From positions 180,001 through 212,000 of the forward strand of contig JBAZYG010000002.1 in NCBI GenBank assembly GCA_041659445.1: a stretch of 32,000 nt of DNA, in the 5' to 3' direction. Below are positions 13,914 to 22,696 of this stretch, in pieces. The stretch's first letter is position 1; each line of letters opens with the position of its first letter. Below the pieces are notes generated by a model. That model saw only the letters and a program-made list of their open reading frames with translations, had not been told where the DNA came from and did no database searches. The translations under genes and the position numbers were made by a program. The DNA comes from Candidatus Saccharimonadota bacterium. GTDB lineage: Archaea > Nanobdellota > Nanobdellia > Pacearchaeales > GW2011-AR1.

Positions 13914-16313
13914 ATGAAAAACGTTTTTAAGAAGATTGTTGCTATTAGTGCTAGTGTATTAATGACTGGCTTCACTGCAGGTATTGCAGCAGCAGCAAGT
14001 TTTCCAGCTCCATTCGTTCAAAGCGGTGTAGCTGACGTAGCTATTGTTTATGGTACAGGTACTGGTGTTTCTTCAGTTGATTTTACTCACGCTGGAAACA
14101 TCCAAACAACTTTGGGTGAATCTATGCCAAGTACAGGAGGAACTCCTGTAGGTGGTGAATCATATAAATTTGAAAAAACATCTACTAAATTCCATTTAGG
14201 TGATAACTTCACAACACTTAGAGAAACATTAACAGATGATCATTTACCTGTTCTATTAGGAGATGGTATCTATGTTGATGATGATAATGATGAATTCGAT
14301 TATACTCAAAAAATCGAAATGAATGCATCAGTATTATCTATGTTCTCTGATAGTGATTATGATGACAGTGCACCTACAGTTGGATTTAGAATAGCTTCAG
14401 GATATAATGTCTTGAACTATACAGTTACTTTTGTTGACCAACCACTTATGTCTGATTTAGTTACTTCAACTTTACCTATAATGGGTAAAGAGTACTATGT
14501 TTTATCAAACAGTACAAGCGGAGCTAATAATATTTTAACATTATTAGATTCAGCTGATAGTGCTATTGTATCAGATGCAGAAGGAGATAGTATAACACTT
14601 ACTGCTGGTGGGAAAACTTATGTTGTTACTGTTCCTTATATAAGTTCAACAGAGGTGAAATTATCAATTAATGGAGAAACTACTAACACATTAAACGAAG
14701 CTGAAACTCAAAAATTATCTGATGGTTCATACGTTGGTATTAGAGATATCATGTATAACGCTCACGATACTGGAGTAAGCCAAGTAGAGTTTAGTATAGG
14801 ATCTGGTAAATTAAAAATTACAAGTGGTTCTGAAATCCAAATTAATGATAATATCATAAACGGTATTACTGCTGTAATAACAAATAGTAGTGCAGCTGCA
14901 ACAACACTTACAAGTATTGAACTTGAGTGGAAGACTGATGATGATACATTCATCACAGAAGGTAGTGAAATTACAATGCCAGGATTTGGAATTGTAAAAC
15001 TATCTTACACTGGACTTACTTTCCCTACAGAAGAGGAATTCACTGTTGAGCAAGGTTCAGATACCTACATAATGCTTAACGACTTCCCAGTTAAAGATGG
15101 AACTATAGATATTCCATTATTATACGGAAGTGCAGGTGGTCCTTACTCTGGTTTAGGTAAAGATGCAACTAACAAATTAGTTACAAGCAATATTACTGGT
15201 TCATCTGTTCCTTTAAAATTCGATAAAGATACTGATGAAATGTTTGTTGTTACTTATGAAACTACAACAGAATGTGAGTCATATGTATTAAAGGCTACAT
15301 CATTCGGAGTAGATACTGCAAATAACAATCAAACAACTATTCAAAGGTGGAAAGACGGAGCATGGACAGATGAAAGAGATGTAAAAGCAACAGATACTTT
15401 CTCAATTGGTAGTGCAGAGTTAGGTGTTCAATATGTTGAAAGATCACCAGGTAATTTTGTAAATATTACTTCAAACAGTTCAAGTACTAAGTTTAACATA
15501 CTTTGTTCTGATAAAGGATTAAAGTTATGGTTGCCTTGGACATATACTGCTGGTTCTATTAACATGAGTTATAAAACAGGAGCAATTAACTTGACTGCAA
15601 TGGGAGATGCCTCTGAAAACTATTCTGCTGGTTTCAATGGTACTAATTGGTATCTTCAAATGCAAGAAGAAGATAAAGATGGAAATATTGCAGCTGGAGA
15701 TCAATGGAATATCTCATTAGGTTGGGATAGTTCAACTACTGCTGAACCACAAGTCTCTGACTTGAGAGGAGAAGATGTAACTGCTGTTAAACTTGACTCT
15801 GATAGTACTGACTATAGAAGCTTCATGTATTCTGCTCTCGCAACAGAATTCATATGGCATCAACCTAGTTCAGACCAAGATAGTATAGATATACTATATC
15901 ACGGAGATGAAGTTGCTGCAGATGTTTATATTACATCACCAGAAGCTACTACTACTGGAACAAGTTCATTAGGAAATGTTCTTGTAAAAGATAGCGAAGT
16001 TGCTAGCGTACAATCAAAGAACTTAATCGTTGTTGGTGGAAGTTGTATTAACTCAGTTGCTGCTAATTTAGTTGGTGGTAGCTATTGTGGTCCAAGTTTC
16101 ACAACTGCAACAGGTGTTGGAGCAGGACAATTCTTAATCCAAAGTTACGGCGATGCCTATACTACTGGAAAAGTTGCTCTATTAGTTGCTGGTTACAACG
16201 TTGATGATACTGCTAACGGTGCTACATACTTGAGAACAAAGACTGTAGATACAACTGCTGGTAAGAAGTACATTGGTACATCTTCAACAGAAGCTACACT
16301 TCAAGTTGCTTAA
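13914..16313 (+). CDS. S-layer-like major surface protein
   Basis: Signal peptide MKNVFKKIVAISASVLMTGFTAGIAAAA. The N-terminal FPAPFVQSGVADVAIVYGTG...VD..AGNI and C-terminal NLIVVGGSCINSVAANLV...GKVALLVAGYNVDDTANGATYL resemble the paired N/C modules of archaeal S-layer proteins. It is Thr/Ser/Gly-rich with many N-x-S/T sequons. Codon usage differs from neighbouring genes. A strong oligo-T tract lies downstream. Confidence 0.7.
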   Translation: MKNVFKKIVAISASVLMTGFTAGIAAAASFPAPFVQSGVADVAIVYGTGTGVSSVDFTHAGNIQTTLGESMPSTGGTPVGGESYKFEKTSTKFHLGDNFTTLRETLTDDHLPVLLGDGIYVDDDNDEFDYTQKIEMNASVLSMFSDSDYDDSAPTVGFRIASGYNVLNYTVTFVDQPLMSDLVTSTLPIMGKEYYVLSNSTSGANNILTLLDSADSAIVSDAEGDSITLTAGGKTYVVTVPYISSTEVKLSINGETTNTLNEAETQKLSDGSYVGIRDIMYNAHDTGVSQVEFSIGSGKLKITSGSEIQINDNIINGITAVITNSSAAATTLTSIELEWKTDDDTFITEGSEITMPGFGIVKLSYTGLTFPTEEEFTVEQGSDTYIMLNDFPVKDGTIDIPLLYGSAGGPYSGLGKDATNKLVTSNITGSSVPLKFDKDTDEMFVVTYETTTECESYVLKATSFGVDTANNNQTTIQRWKDGAWTDERDVKATDTFSIGSAELGVQYVERSPGNFVNITSNSSSTKFNILCSDKGLKLWLPWTYTAGSINMSYKTGAINLTAMGDASENYSAGFNGTNWYLQMQEEDKDGNIAAGDQWNISLGWDSSTTAEPQVSDLRGEDVTAVKLDSDSTDYRSFMYSALATEFIWHQPSSDQDSIDILYHGDEVAADVYITSPEATTTGTSSLGNVLVKDSEVASVQSKNLIVVGGSCINSVAANLVGGSYCGPSFTTATGVGAGQFLIQSYGDAYTTGKVALLVAGYNVDDTANGATYLRTKTVDTTAGKKYIGTSSTEATLQVA

Positions 16314-16324
16314 ATAAATTTTAA

Positions 16325-16351
16325 TTTTTTTTCTTTTTCTTTTATTTTTTT
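16325..16351 (+). terminator. Oligo-T termination tract after the S-layer-like gene
   Basis: TTTTTTTTCTTTTTCTTTTATTTTTTT begins 12 nt after the stop. Confidence 0.55.
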
Positions 16352-16443
16352 AAGGCTCAGTGTTAACTCTATTAAAAAAATAAATATAAAATTTATTAAG
16401 GCAAATTCAAAATCTTTTTATACTATCTTTATTTTTTTATATT

Positions 16444-17040
16444 ATGAAGAAGATTAAAACAAAATCTCAAGAAGAAAAAAAACAAAAAAGAAAACAATTA
16501 ATCATTGGGTTGATTTTAGTTTTTGTAATGATAGCAAGCACGTTTGGAATTGTGATGAATTCTTTTGGAGAAAAATCAAATTCAAATGAAATAATAAATT
16601 ATAACGGGGTTGAATTTATACATCAAAATAATTATTGGGTTTTTTCAATAGAATCTTATAATTTTGCTATCTTAAATAATCCACAAGAATTAGAAAAATT
16701 TCAATTTAAAGGTTCAAAAACTTCTATAAAAGATTTAAGCACTTATGTAAATTTGCCTTTATATATTCAATCAAATGATTATTATCTAACAAATATAATA
16801 ACTCAAGATTTTCAACCTTTTGTTGAGAGAATCCAATATGCTTGTTTAGAAAATAACACAGATTGCCCTGAAGATTATCCTATAAAAAATTGTCAAAATA
16901 ATTTTATTATAATTTCATATTCTGAGAATTCAACAAGTTTAAGACAACAAGACAATTGTATTTTTTTAGAAGGAAATTCAGAAGAGTTAGTCAATCTTAC
17001 AGATGTTTTTGTTTTAAAGACATTCAGGATTAGAGAATAA
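16444..17040 (+). CDS. N-terminally anchored hypothetical protein (paralogue A)
   Basis: A Lys-rich N-terminus is followed by the TM helix LIIGLILVFVMIASTFGIV. It shares NYNGVEF and YNFAILNNPQELEKFQFKG motifs with the next gene. Confidence 0.6.
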   Translation: MKKIKTKSQEEKKQKRKQLIIGLILVFVMIASTFGIVMNSFGEKSNSNEIINYNGVEFIHQNNYWVFSIESYNFAILNNPQELEKFQFKGSKTSIKDLSTYVNLPLYIQSNDYYLTNIITQDFQPFVERIQYACLENNTDCPEDYPIKNCQNNFIIISYSENSTSLRQQDNCIFLEGNSEELVNLTDVFVLKTFRIRE

Positions 17041-17048
17041 TTTATAAA
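17041..17048 (+). promoter_or_regulatory. TATA box (TTTATAAA), 29 nt upstream of the ATG at 17070
   Basis: Exact octamer and spacing. Confidence 0.55.
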
Positions 17049-17069
17049 TGTTAAAAACCATTTTTAAAA

Positions 17070-17723
17070 ATGAATAAAAGAAAGAAAGAATCAAAAGAAC
17101 AAAAAAAAGACAAAGAAGATTCTATTTTAAAAGAAAAAAATGAATCTAAAAAGCATCAAAGAATAATTAAAATTGTTATAATATTTTCTTTGGTTGTTGT
17201 TGCTTTAATTTTAGTAGCATATTTTTCAGTAAATGCAATAAGAAATTATAATTATAATAATGTTAAATTTGAAACTGTTCAAGAAGGAGATTTAATTCTT
17301 TATCACACTTCAATACCTGTTTCTTATGAAGGTCAAGTAGTTCCTTATAATTTTTACTTGAGAACAAATCCAAGACAGCTTGTTAAAATGAATTTTGAAG
17401 GAGTTGAAGATTTTGCATTATACAAAAATGCAGTAATCAATTTTGAAAAAGATTTTAATTGTGAAGGAGATGGTATTATTGCAATAGCAAATTTAGTTCA
17501 ATTGCATCAAGCAATAGGAATTAATTTAATAACAGATGAAAATGCAACTTGTGATGAATATTCTCGATATTTATATCTTTATTTAAGAGAAGGAAATGAG
17601 ACAGAAATAATTCAAACTGGAAAATCTTGTTATGATTTAGTTATTTCAGATTGTAAAATTCTTCCATCAACAGAAAGAATTATGCTCGAAATATTTTCAA
17701 AGTATAATGAAATAATTGAATAA
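17070..17723 (+). CDS. N-terminally anchored hypothetical protein (paralogue B)
   Basis: A Lys/Glu-rich N-terminus is followed by the TM helix IIKIVIIFSLVVVALILVAYF. It has NYNNVKF and YNFYLRTNPRQLVKMNFEG motifs. A TTTATAAA box lies at -29, immediately after the upstream stop. Confidence 0.6.
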   Translation: MNKRKKESKEQKKDKEDSILKEKNESKKHQRIIKIVIIFSLVVVALILVAYFSVNAIRNYNYNNVKFETVQEGDLILYHTSIPVSYEGQVVPYNFYLRTNPRQLVKMNFEGVEDFALYKNAVINFEKDFNCEGDGIIAIANLVQLHQAIGINLITDENATCDEYSRYLYLYLREGNETEIIQTGKSCYDLVISDCKILPSTERIMLEIFSKYNEIIE

Positions 17724-18269
17724 TTATTTTTTATTTTTTTTCTTATTTAATAAAGATTTTTTGTAAAGAAATTTTAAATCTGAATAAACTGGAATTTCTT
17801 TTATCTTGAACATTTTAACTTCTAAAAACCAAATTAAAATAACAAATAAAGTACTTCCTAAATACCAAAATAATTTATGTGTGAAATCAAACCATGAAGA
17901 ATCTGAAATATTCATCAAACTTAAAACAAAAATCCTGATTAAGTTTATTGCAAAAAATATTCCAAATGACAATAAAATCATTTCAATTCTTTTTTTAGTT
18001 TTGATGTTTGGAACTGACAAATTCAAAATCAATAAGAATGAATATGCAGAACCAGCAATGCAAGCACCAATTATTTCAATTGCAATTCCGTTTACAAAAA
18101 TAGTGTTTTCAATTAAACTTGGGTTATAAAAAAGATTCAATAAAAAAAATGTCGGATAGACTGTTAAAGGAAGAAATATAAAGTAAAACAAATTAAAACC
18201 AAAAAAACCTACAATCACAAGAATTAAATATCGAATAATTAAATTCAAATAAGGTTTTTTTTCTTTCAT
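17724..18269 (-). CDS. Short archaeosortase/exosortase-family-like polytopic membrane protein
   Basis: 181 aa with about 5 TM helices. It has IIGAC(70)IAGSAYSFLL, AINLIR(112)IFVL and FTH(131)KLFWYLG. The Cys-then-Arg order in successive helices is the hallmark I associate with exosortase/archaeosortase. Assignment is by motif only. Confidence 0.55.
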   Translation of the reverse strand: MKEKKPYLNLIIRYLILVIVGFFGFNLFYFIFLPLTVYPTFFLLNLFYNPSLIENTIFVNGIAIEIIGACIAGSAYSFLLILNLSVPNIKTKKRIEMILLSFGIFFAINLIRIFVLSLMNISDSSWFDFTHKLFWYLGSTLFVILIWFLEVKMFKIKEIPVYSDLKFLYKKSLLNKKKNKK

Positions 18270-18318
18270 AAATTAATCAAGTAAAAATCCTTTAAATAAA
18301 TTGGGATTATTGAAAAGA

Positions 18319-18558
18319 TTAATGTTCTTCTAATTTTTTTTCAATTTCAGAAAGTAAATTCAAAGTTTTAATTACATGACAAGGGCTTTTTGGAGAACTA
18401 TTTATTCTACAAAAATATTTTCCTTTATTTTTAGAATTAATAATTTCTGCAGGAATTATACCTGTTTCATTATTCGAATTTTCTCGATTAAAAAAATATA
18501 CTGTATAGTTATCACAACTCAAATTTTTGCATTCAATATATTCTGTTATTTCTGTCAT
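18319..18558 (-). CDS. Small hypothetical protein (79 aa, 4 Cys)
   Basis: The start lies 1 nt after the upstream stop (TAAAATG). Cys are arranged as C-x4-C ... C-x9-C-H, a possible metal site. The C-terminus is acidic. Confidence 0.5.
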   Translation of the reverse strand: MTEITEYIECKNLSCDNYTVYFFNRENSNNETGIIPAEIINSKNKGKYFCRINSSPKSPCHVIKTLNLLSEIEKKLEEH

Positions 18559-18559
18559 T

Positions 18560-19033
18560 TTATTCCTGTTCGTTTGTTGGATTTAATTCAAGATAATTCT
18601 GATAAGCTCTTTCCCAATCATTTGATGTTGGAAAATAGTTTGTTGCACTATCTTGAATTCCCATTAATGAATGTATTCGGTATTGTTCTTTTATACTTAA
18701 TCCATTTTTATCTGAATCAATTGCTTGAAGTAAAAAATCTTTATGTGATTCTTTGATTGAATTTTCAATTGAAGTCTGTTTTGTTTTTTTACGAAATTCT
18801 TTAAATTGTTTAGGTGTCCAAATATCTAATTGAAAGCCAAAGGCTGCTATATATATTCCAAATATTCCACTCCAAATTGAATTTAAACTAGTTTTTGTGT
18901 TATTAATTTTTCTAGAATCTTTATTTTGTTTTGACAACTTTTCATTTAATTTATTATATGCTACAAATCCAAAAGGCACAGCCAAAGAAGCATTTCCTAT
19001 TATTTTTTTTGTTCTATCTGATAATTTTTTCAT
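18560..19033 (-). CDS. Hypothetical membrane-associated protein (157 aa)
   Basis: The start lies 1 nt after the upstream stop (TAAAATG). Hydrophobic segments are ASLAVPFGFVAY and IWSGIFGIYIAAFGF. No known motif recognised. Confidence 0.55.
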   Translation of the reverse strand: MKKLSDRTKKIIGNASLAVPFGFVAYNKLNEKLSKQNKDSRKINNTKTSLNSIWSGIFGIYIAAFGFQLDIWTPKQFKEFRKKTKQTSIENSIKESHKDFLLQAIDSDKNGLSIKEQYRIHSLMGIQDSATNYFPTSNDWERAYQNYLELNPTNEQE

Positions 19034-19034
19034 T

Positions 19035-19352
19035 TTAATTTTTTAAAGTTTTTTTAATTATTTTTTTTTCATCAAAAAATAAATCATAAGCCCATTTTGG
19101 AAGAATATTTGAAAGAAAATCTGAACGAGAAATATAGAATAAATCTGGTTGGTTTCCAGCTAACGCATATGTGTTTAGGGTTGGAAAATGTTTGTAATTA
19201 TTGGAAGTTCCAATTGTGCTTTCATCAAAATATTGAACTATTTCATTTTTATGGTATTCTGCATATCTTTCTTCAACAGGTAAAACTTGTCCAATAACTA
19301 ATTTTTCTAAATCAATTAAAATTGGACACCAATCTTCTTCGCCGTCTCCCAT
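19035..19352 (-). CDS. Hypothetical cytoplasmic protein (105 aa)
   Basis: Start set at the ATG at 19352 (MGDGEEDW...), 1 nt after the upstream stop (TAAAATG). The track start at 19382 would overlap the upstream gene by 29 nt. Confidence 0.55.
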   Translation of the reverse strand: MGDGEEDWCPILIDLEKLVIGQVLPVEERYAEYHKNEIVQYFDESTIGTSNNYKHFPTLNTYALAGNQPDLFYISRSDFLSNILPKWAYDLFFDEKKIIKKTLKN

Positions 19353-19353
19353 T

Positions 19354-20985
19354 TTATCTTCTGTAAACTCGTACAGCAACAATTATAATTGCAATAACCA
19401 GAATTAAATTCAATAAAATTATTCCGCCAAGTTTCCAATTTTGTTTTATCCAATCTGCAACTGGAAGATTAGAATCTTTTATTGTAACTCCAATAGGTTG
19501 TTTCAAAAGCAATTCATTACTATCAGAATAAACTTCTAAATTGAAAATTTGATCTCCAATAGAATCTTTAACAGTGTCGAAAATCAATTCAACTTCTGCA
19601 CTTTCTCCAGCTTTAATTGTTATAGCTTCTTCAGCATTAGAATTTAAACTTGCCCATGTTTCGTAATTCTTTGGTTTAACAACATAAGTCACGTCTTTAT
19701 CACTTGGATTTGTAAGTGTAGCTTTAATTATTAAATCTCTTCCTGCAATAGCTTCTTCAGAAACCATTTCTGCATTAACAACAGGAACAATCTTTAATGA
19801 GCATCCTTCTACTTTAAAGTTAATTTGGAAAGTTGCAGTGTCGTCTTCACTGTTTTCAAAAATATCACTGTCTTCGTCGTAAACTTCAAATTTAATATTA
19901 TACCATTTATCTTCTAAGTTTTTTGGAATAGTAAATGTGTAAATTAAATTAGCATTATCATAAGAATCAATATCTCCTAATTCAATTTTGTCATTAATAC
20001 TCAAGTCATTACTATAAACAATAACACTAACTTCTTGTTGATCAGAATCGCCAATGTTCCAAGCTTCTGCATTTATTGTAATTTCTTGATTGCATGTAAG
20101 AATAGTGTTTTCCAATGTCTTATCATTTAATAATTCAACACCATTCATTTCAAAGTTGTTTAATAAAACAAAACTTTCATCTGCTCTTACTTCTGTTTCT
20201 GAAGTATCAGAGCTACAAGAATATTCGTTATCGTAAACTCCTGCATTGCTGTCATCAATTTGTCCCTTTGCTTTAACATAAAGAATAGCATTTTCATCTG
20301 CAAATTCATCAATATTATCATTTAAAATAAAAGAGAATGTAACTGTTTCGTCGTCTCCTTCTTTAAGTTTAAAATCACTTAATGTGTCATCTGCTATTTT
20401 TTTGCCTCCAGTTGTGTACAAAGCCCATTCAATTTCAACATCTTGAATATCCCAGTCTCCAGTATTATCTACATTTACTTCAACTTCAACTTCATCAAAA
20501 GGATACCAATAATTATCATCATCTCCAAATCCATTAATAACTTTAACATTTTCAATGTTTAATTCTAATGCTCCTGGATTTGCAGTATTTTCACAATAAT
20601 CTACAGGTTCAAATGAAACAGTTTGTGATTCAACAAGTGCGTTATTTGAACTATTAGCTACTTTTATAATAGCAGTGTAAGTTTTTCCAAATTGAAAATT
20701 AAAATTAGAAGCATTGTAAGTTGCAGTTATGGATTTTGTTGAATCTCCTGTAATTGTTATTTCAGTTACATTTGGAGTAAATGCAATTGTTTCTGCATTG
20801 CTTATTGATATATTATATGTTCCAGTTTCACCCACAAAGTTAACATCAAAAGTGAAAGAAGTTCCATCAGTTTGTAATAAACTAGGTTGAATATTTGTAA
20901 TTGTTACTGCAGCGCTTGCTAATCCTAAGAATGCAATCATTAAGAAAACACTAGTCAATCCAAACAAAACTGTTTTTTTGTTCAT
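19354..20985 (-). CDS. Secreted repeat-rich acidic surface protein with a C-terminal TM helix plus basic tail (candidate sortase-type sorting signal)
   Basis: Signal peptide MNKKTVLFGLTSVFLMIAFLGLASAAV. Beta-rich Asp/Glu/Asn/Thr-rich modules of the CARDB/Ig-like kind. The C-terminus is ...NWKLGGIILLNLILVIAIIIVAVRVYRR. Confidence 0.65.
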   Translation of the reverse strand: MNKKTVLFGLTSVFLMIAFLGLASAAVTITNIQPSLLQTDGTSFTFDVNFVGETGTYNISISNAETIAFTPNVTEITITGDSTKSITATYNASNFNFQFGKTYTAIIKVANSSNNALVESQTVSFEPVDYCENTANPGALELNIENVKVINGFGDDDNYWYPFDEVEVEVNVDNTGDWDIQDVEIEWALYTTGGKKIADDTLSDFKLKEGDDETVTFSFILNDNIDEFADENAILYVKAKGQIDDSNAGVYDNEYSCSSDTSETEVRADESFVLLNNFEMNGVELLNDKTLENTILTCNQEITINAEAWNIGDSDQQEVSVIVYSNDLSINDKIELGDIDSYDNANLIYTFTIPKNLEDKWYNIKFEVYDEDSDIFENSEDDTATFQINFKVEGCSLKIVPVVNAEMVSEEAIAGRDLIIKATLTNPSDKDVTYVVKPKNYETWASLNSNAEEAITIKAGESAEVELIFDTVKDSIGDQIFNLEVYSDSNELLLKQPIGVTIKDSNLPVADWIKQNWKLGGIILLNLILVIAIIIVAVRVYRR

Positions 20986-21068
20986 TTTAATGTAATCATT
21001 TTTGAGTTACTATGGTTTATAAGCTTTTCTGTGATTAAATATATATAATAAATAACCTATTCAAAACC

Positions 21069-21076
21069 TTTATATA
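21069..21076 (+). promoter_or_regulatory. TATA box (TTTATATA), 29 nt upstream of the ATG at 21098
   Basis: Exact spacing. Confidence 0.55.
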
Positions 21077-21097
21077 ATTTTTTGAATTGTAATTCTA

Positions 21098-21490
21098 ATG
21101 GTTTTAAAAGCAAAGGAAAATACATTCGGTGCATGGGCTTTTTTAATAGGTGTAATTTTAGCTGTGTTGATTGGTATTTTCACTGCTTCTTTTTTATCAA
21201 TAGATTCAATAACAAAATATAGCCCTGAAATTTATGCAATTCTTGTTTTACTTGGAGCAATAATTGGTTTTTCAATAAGAGTTGTTGGAAGAGACGCTCA
21301 GAACTTTTTGATAGCAGGAGTTATTATTGTTATTGTAAGTAAGTTTGGAATGGAAAGTGTTATAAGTTCTTTAATTGGCATTGGAATTGGAGATATGGTA
21401 ACTTCAATTTTTGCAGCTTTGCTTGCTTTATTTATTCCCGCAACAATAATTGTAGCAATAAAAACTTTGTTTTCTGTAGCTAAGATTTAA
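21098..21490 (+). CDS. Small polytopic membrane protein (130 aa, about 4 TM)
   Basis: Four Gly/Ile/Ala-rich hydrophobic segments. A TTTATATA box lies at -29. Confidence 0.6.
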   Translation: MVLKAKENTFGAWAFLIGVILAVLIGIFTASFLSIDSITKYSPEIYAILVLLGAIIGFSIRVVGRDAQNFLIAGVIIVIVSKFGMESVISSLIGIGIGDMVTSIFAALLALFIPATIIVAIKTLFSVAKI

Positions 21491-21541
21491 TTAAGAATTA
21501 TTTAATAGAAATCATTTAAAAAAATATTTTTTTAAAAATCT

Positions 21542-21940
21542 TTAATAATCATCAAAGTCGCTTTTCTTCTTTTCTTCTTTTGGTTGCTCAATTTCTCTTG
21601 GGATTGTAGCAAAAGAAGGTGTTACGATTATAACTTCTCCAAAACCAGCAATACTTCCATTCAATGCTTCAGCTGTTTTCTTTATTTTTGAAATAGCCCT
21701 CTTTAATTCAATTGGGTCTTTCTTTTTTAGGTTTTGAATATTTATAACTGCAATTGTATATCCTTCTCTTAGATAGTTCAAAATCTTTGTTGTATCTTCA
21801 TATTCTCTTAACATAAAAAGTCTTACAAGAATTTTAGCAGATTTTTTTTCTTGGTTTTCTAAATCAATTTCTAAATAGTCTTCTCCAGGAGAACTAGATT
21901 TAGATCCTGACAATGCGTTTCTTAATTTTTTGAATGCCAT
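21542..21940 (-). CDS. sepF: Cell division protein SepF
   Basis: 132 aa. The core ILVRLFMLREYEDTTKILNYLREGYTIAVINIQNL...AEALNGSIAGFGEVIIVTP matches the SepF (DUF552) fold pattern. An N-terminal amphipathic MAFKKLRNALSG is a candidate membrane-targeting segment. Confidence 0.8.
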   Translation of the reverse strand: MAFKKLRNALSGSKSSSPGEDYLEIDLENQEKKSAKILVRLFMLREYEDTTKILNYLREGYTIAVINIQNLKKKDPIELKRAISKIKKTAEALNGSIAGFGEVIIVTPSFATIPREIEQPKEEKKKSDFDDY

Positions 21941-22006
21941 AACTTAATTTAGATATTATCCCTTTATAAATATTTCGGGGATTTTTTATATACATTAAAC
22001 AGAAAA

Positions 22007-22324
22007 TCACTCTTTTAGTATTTCTTTCCGTATTTTCTCAGATTTTTCCATGAAAGCTTTTTCTTGCTTTTCAATTGTTTTTAATCTAAGGTTCAACACA
22101 TTTTCTTTGTTTTTTAATTCTTCTTTAACTTCTTTTTTATCTTTTTTTATCATTAATGAACCAATAATCTTGTAAACGTCATCTCCAGATTTTTCAATTT
22201 CATTAGTTGCAGACTTTGTTTCAGCAAGTTCCATTTCAAAAGCTTGTTTTTGTAAAAGAATATTTTGTAAACTCTGTTCTATAATTTGCATTTCTTGTAA
22301 TTTTTTCTCGTCGATTTTTTCCAT
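22007..22324 (-). CDS. pfdB: Prefoldin beta subunit
   Basis: 105 aa in a coiled-coil/beta-hairpin/coiled-coil layout (QIIEQSLQNILLQKQAFEMEL...DDVYKIIGSLMIKKDKKEV...LEKQEKAF). It sits in the usual L37Ae-RpoP-prefoldin neighbourhood. Confidence 0.8.
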   Translation of the reverse strand: MEKIDEKKLQEMQIIEQSLQNILLQKQAFEMELAETKSATNEIEKSGDDVYKIIGSLMIKKDKKEVKEELKNKENVLNLRLKTIEKQEKAFMEKSEKIRKEILKE

Positions 22325-22331
22325 TTTAAAA

Positions 22332-22469
22332 TTAGATTGCTTTAATTTTTTTTACTTTTGTCCTCGGTTTAAAAAAAATCTTGCTACCACAAAAAGGGCA
22401 AACAAATCTTTTTTTCAAATCTTTGCTATCAATTTCTTTTTCACATTTAAAGCACTTATATTTTGCCAT
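22332..22469 (-). CDS. rpoP: DNA-directed RNA polymerase subunit P (Rpo12)
   Basis: Not in the ORF track (45 aa). Translation: MAKYKCFKCEKEIDSKDLKKRFVCPFCGSKIFFKPRTKVKKIKAI. It has a CxxC...CxxC zinc ribbon followed by SKI.FKPR. The start lies 1 nt after the L37Ae stop (TAAAATG). Confidence 0.8.
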   Translation of the reverse strand: MAKYKCFKCEKEIDSKDLKKRFVCPFCGSKIFFKPRTKVKKIKAI

Positions 22470-22470
22470 T

Positions 22471-22695
22471 TTATTCTTCCTTTAAATAATAGGTATCTGA
22501 TGCGAATTTTTTTCCGCATTTTTTACAATACCAAATTCCTTTTGCAGTTCTTTTAACTCCAGGTCTTTTGCAAAAAGGACATTTTTGTTTAATTCTTTGA
22601 TGAACTTCAACTTTTACTAATTTGTCTCTAACCCTTTTCCCATATCTTGAACCAAATCGTCCTGCAGATTTTGTTTTTTTTGATTTTGTTGTCAT
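22471..22695 (-). CDS. rpl37ae: 50S ribosomal protein L37Ae (eL43)
   Basis: SAGRFGSRYGKRVRDK, then a CPFC...CKKC zinc ribbon. 74 aa. Confidence 0.9.
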   Translation of the reverse strand: MTTKSKKTKSAGRFGSRYGKRVRDKLVKVEVHQRIKQKCPFCKRPGVKRTAKGIWYCKKCGKKFASDTYYLKEE

Positions 22696-22696
22696 A

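Noticed and set aside
13914-16313. S-layer-like protein as a second substrate of the archaeosortase-like enzyme
   Set aside because: Its C-terminus (...EATLQVA) has no hydrophobic helix or basic tail.
18683-18718. EF-hand-like loop DSDKNGLSIKEQ in the 157-aa protein
   Set aside because: Position 8 is Ser rather than a hydrophobic residue, and position 12 is Gln rather than Glu/Asp. There is no flanking helix pattern or paired second EF-hand.
19035-19352. Guess that the 105-aa protein is an SMI1/SUKH-type immunity protein (IDLEKLVIGQVLPVEERYAEY)
   Set aside because: The resemblance is a single short segment, which is not enough for a family call.
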